In this document: in pieces, positions 61,778 to 64,000 of the stretch | Numbering within the stretch: the stretch's first letter is position 1 | Layout: the number at the start of each line of letters is the position of its first letter | Origin: Eutreptiella sp. 'Long Island Sound 2002' | Lineage: Eukaryota; Protista; Euglenida | Assembly: GCA_964036045.1 (NCBI GenBank) | Contig: OZ038378.1 | Span: 142,166,001-142,230,000, forward strand | Length of the DNA stretch: 64,000 nt | Direction of reading: 5' to 3' | Notes under the pieces: model-generated | What the model was told of the DNA's origin: nothing | Seen by the model: only the letters and a program-made list of their open reading frames with translations | Database searches by the model: none | Translations under genes and position numbers: made by a program

Positions 61778-63522
61778 TGCATTGGCAGCAACCATGCAAG
61801 CCTTCAAAACAAGGTTCCGATGGACAGGGGCCCAAATTTTGGCAGTGGGGATCTTCTTTTTCTTACGCAAAAACTTTTCATATAGCTCATGCTTCAAACT
61901 TTCATTAATACTAGCATCCTGCCTAGTACTAGTCATGGGGGCATTTCTTTTGGCCACCCGGAGATCCCGTTCCCCTGCCTCACCATAATATAGCATGGGG
62001 GTCCGCAGGTTAAACCAAGTGTGGGACCACCCATGCATATATAGGGTTGCAGCGCAACCTTCATCCGCAACTTCCGGAATGATGTGCACAATATATGTGT
62101 ACACCAAACCCATAGCTTGCCATGCTGCAGTTGCCAATGTAGTGCAACCGTAGCACAGGTGTACTATGTGGCAGAAGGCCAGAACCAAAGAATGGAAGGG
62201 CAATGGGAGGACCATGCCCCCCGCCAGTCTGCCAATCACAGTGCGGGCCTCTCGGCCACTTAAGCTGATGCCTGCTTGGAACCTTCCTCGCATGAAGCGC
62301 TAGTGCTCCCTGCTATCAGAAGGCAAAGATCCAGGGTGGTATCTCCTAGCAACTTGAGCTATTACCTCCAACAACTCATGCTTGTACGGCCCGGGTACGG
62401 TCCGGCCAATAACACCAAATAGTCTGGAGGCTCCTCCTTTGGTGTTGTGTAATACTGGTTGTATAATATAAACCTTTGCCAGGTTGGATACACCCTGGAA
62501 CTTGTGGGAACCACGCACCTCATTTAGACGCCCCCCCTTGTGCAGAAACAGTGCGGCAACCCCATGCTTATTGACCCGGGGACATGCCACGCACCCCTTT
62601 TGCCGACACTCTGACCACAGATGGTGGTGATCTGCAGTCAGGCAACCAAACTATAGGTGCAGTGTCGTAGTGTACTCTGCACCACCATACTTCATGCGTT
62701 GGTTGAATTTACATGAAGGCAGGGCTTGTAGGGCCTCTGCCCGTTTGGTTAGCCACTCCCCATCAACAACTTTGGGAAGTTCCATCCAGGTTATCATGTC
62801 TGTGCACCAGTCTCCCGCAAAATCAATTATACAAAAACTTAGGGTTTACATTGGGATGCCCCCTGGGCTGGTATCCATCAGCATACAGGCCCAAGGTTAG
62901 GGTGGCTTGTTGGGGGGGAGGGTCCCTGTGCCCTTGTACTGTTAGGGTGCCGGACTTCTGCAGAAGTAGATGGCACAGTTCTAGCAACAATTTGTTGTTG
63001 CTCAGGGAGTACTCCACTACCGGAAGATGTAGTAGCTCCTGCTGCCGCAATGCCACCAGAGACCACCCGGCACCTGGTTGGAGGCGATCAAGGGTTTGCA
63101 GCACTGCTGCTGGCAGAACATGCTCATTCCGCAGAAGCATGGCAGCTGGTGCCTGGGGACTATGGGATACTGGGCTGGCGGGGTTGGGTGGTAAAGGGCC
63201 CATTGGACGCCGCACGACCTGGACTGTGCCAATGTGGGGCCTTGGCAGGTTGTCTGGCTCCTTGCAGTCCAAAGAAGTGGCCCTAGGAAAGTTCAAGATG
63301 AAAGCTGACACCATGAACTAGTTGGCAGGCAAAGGGCAGATGCCGGCAAACCCCTTGTTTGGACACGTCCCCATTGACCCATACAGTAAAATTGTCCACA
63401 ATGAATTCATGGTGGAACATTGTGCTTTTGCAAGAGGGTGATAGAGAGCATGAATGGCAGACATTTTTGTAACGCCCCAACCTGTAGCTTTCGCTGGAAC
63501 CTTTTTTTGGTCGATTTGGTCT
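61778..63522 (-). mobile_element. Second copy of the same insertion at the homologous site
   Basis: Same junctions and near-identical ORF remnants as 52220-54138. Confidence 0.45.
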
Positions 63523-64000
63523 GTGGCATAGGTTTTGGTGTTGTCAAAATATACACGCAAAGTGGCCCCACGGCCCATGCCCCAATATCTGCACACCCCC
63601 AAATCGTTCCCAATGCCTAAGCAATCCCTGGCACCTCCGAGTAGCAGAAAGGGAACCTGAAGGGCAGGCATTGCACAGGGCATCGGAATGGCAAAAGCAG
63701 TGGGCGTTAGTTTGATGGTTCACGTGTTTGATGGGGTGCTGGTTGCTGTGCCTGTGGAAGTGGGCGGGAGGGTTGTGGGGGTTCCACTTTCAGGTTGTGA
63801 TGTGCCTGTGAACAGTTGAGTGACCTGCACTGTAAGTTTAGTGGGATGCCTTGTAGTACACCCGGTGTCCATTGCAGGTGCGGGTGCAGGACGGGGGGCG
63901 GGGGAGGGGTCCTGGAATGAACCTTTGATGCTTTTGTTCCGGGGCTAAGCTGCTTATGTTGCCACAGGCATTGTTCTGCACCCCGTCAACTGCACTGCGC

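Larger units (their letters stand above)
45610..64000. repeat. Irregular tandem array of LRR exon-intron units
   Basis: Module starts (GCAGGTGCGGGTGCAGGAC or a close variant) at ~45615, 48449, 50245, 54510, 60015 and 63874. The GAGAAGATGCACAACCG module occurs 7 times. A sixth exon-bearing unit runs off the window edge. Confidence 0.92.

Noticed and set aside
45600-64000. Possible CRISPR-like array, or repeated plus-strand genes (many near-identical 100-320 aa ORFs)
   Set aside because: Units are kilobase-scale intron duplications without short repeat-spacer structure. The plus-strand ORFs vary by frameshifts between copies and have no recognisable domains.

Overview
This is intron-rich, repeat-rich eukaryotic nuclear DNA, probably from a protist or alga; the taxon cannot be determined from the window. 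Two host genes can be reconstructed, both on the minus strand. (1) A two-exon secreted polysaccharide lyase family 8 gene (chondroitinase ABC-like, 9005->5170) carries one homopolymer frameshift. (2) A large multi-exon gene spans 30479 to beyond 64000. By exon phase and splice sites it joins an N-terminal ribonuclease-inhibitor-type LRR array to two tandem McrB-like AAA+ domains. Each 28-aa repeat sits on its own 84-nt phase-1 exon inside tandemly duplicated intron units. AAA domain 1 keeps the cis catalytic motifs but has lost the trans arginines, and domain 2 shows the opposite pattern. The LRR-to-AAA join is inferred from phase and splice sites, not from transcripts. The rest is transposon-derived: two dead copies of a non-LTR retroelement with RNase H domains on both sides of RT (one copy has an internal ~1 kb inversion); a Penelope-like element with an N-terminal GIY-YIG, a gag-like CCHC ORF and 510-bp direct repeats anchored on CA/TG microsatellites; a pogo-like DNA transposon with TA target duplication; tRNA-derived SINE-like heads; and long (CA)n/(TG)n arrays.
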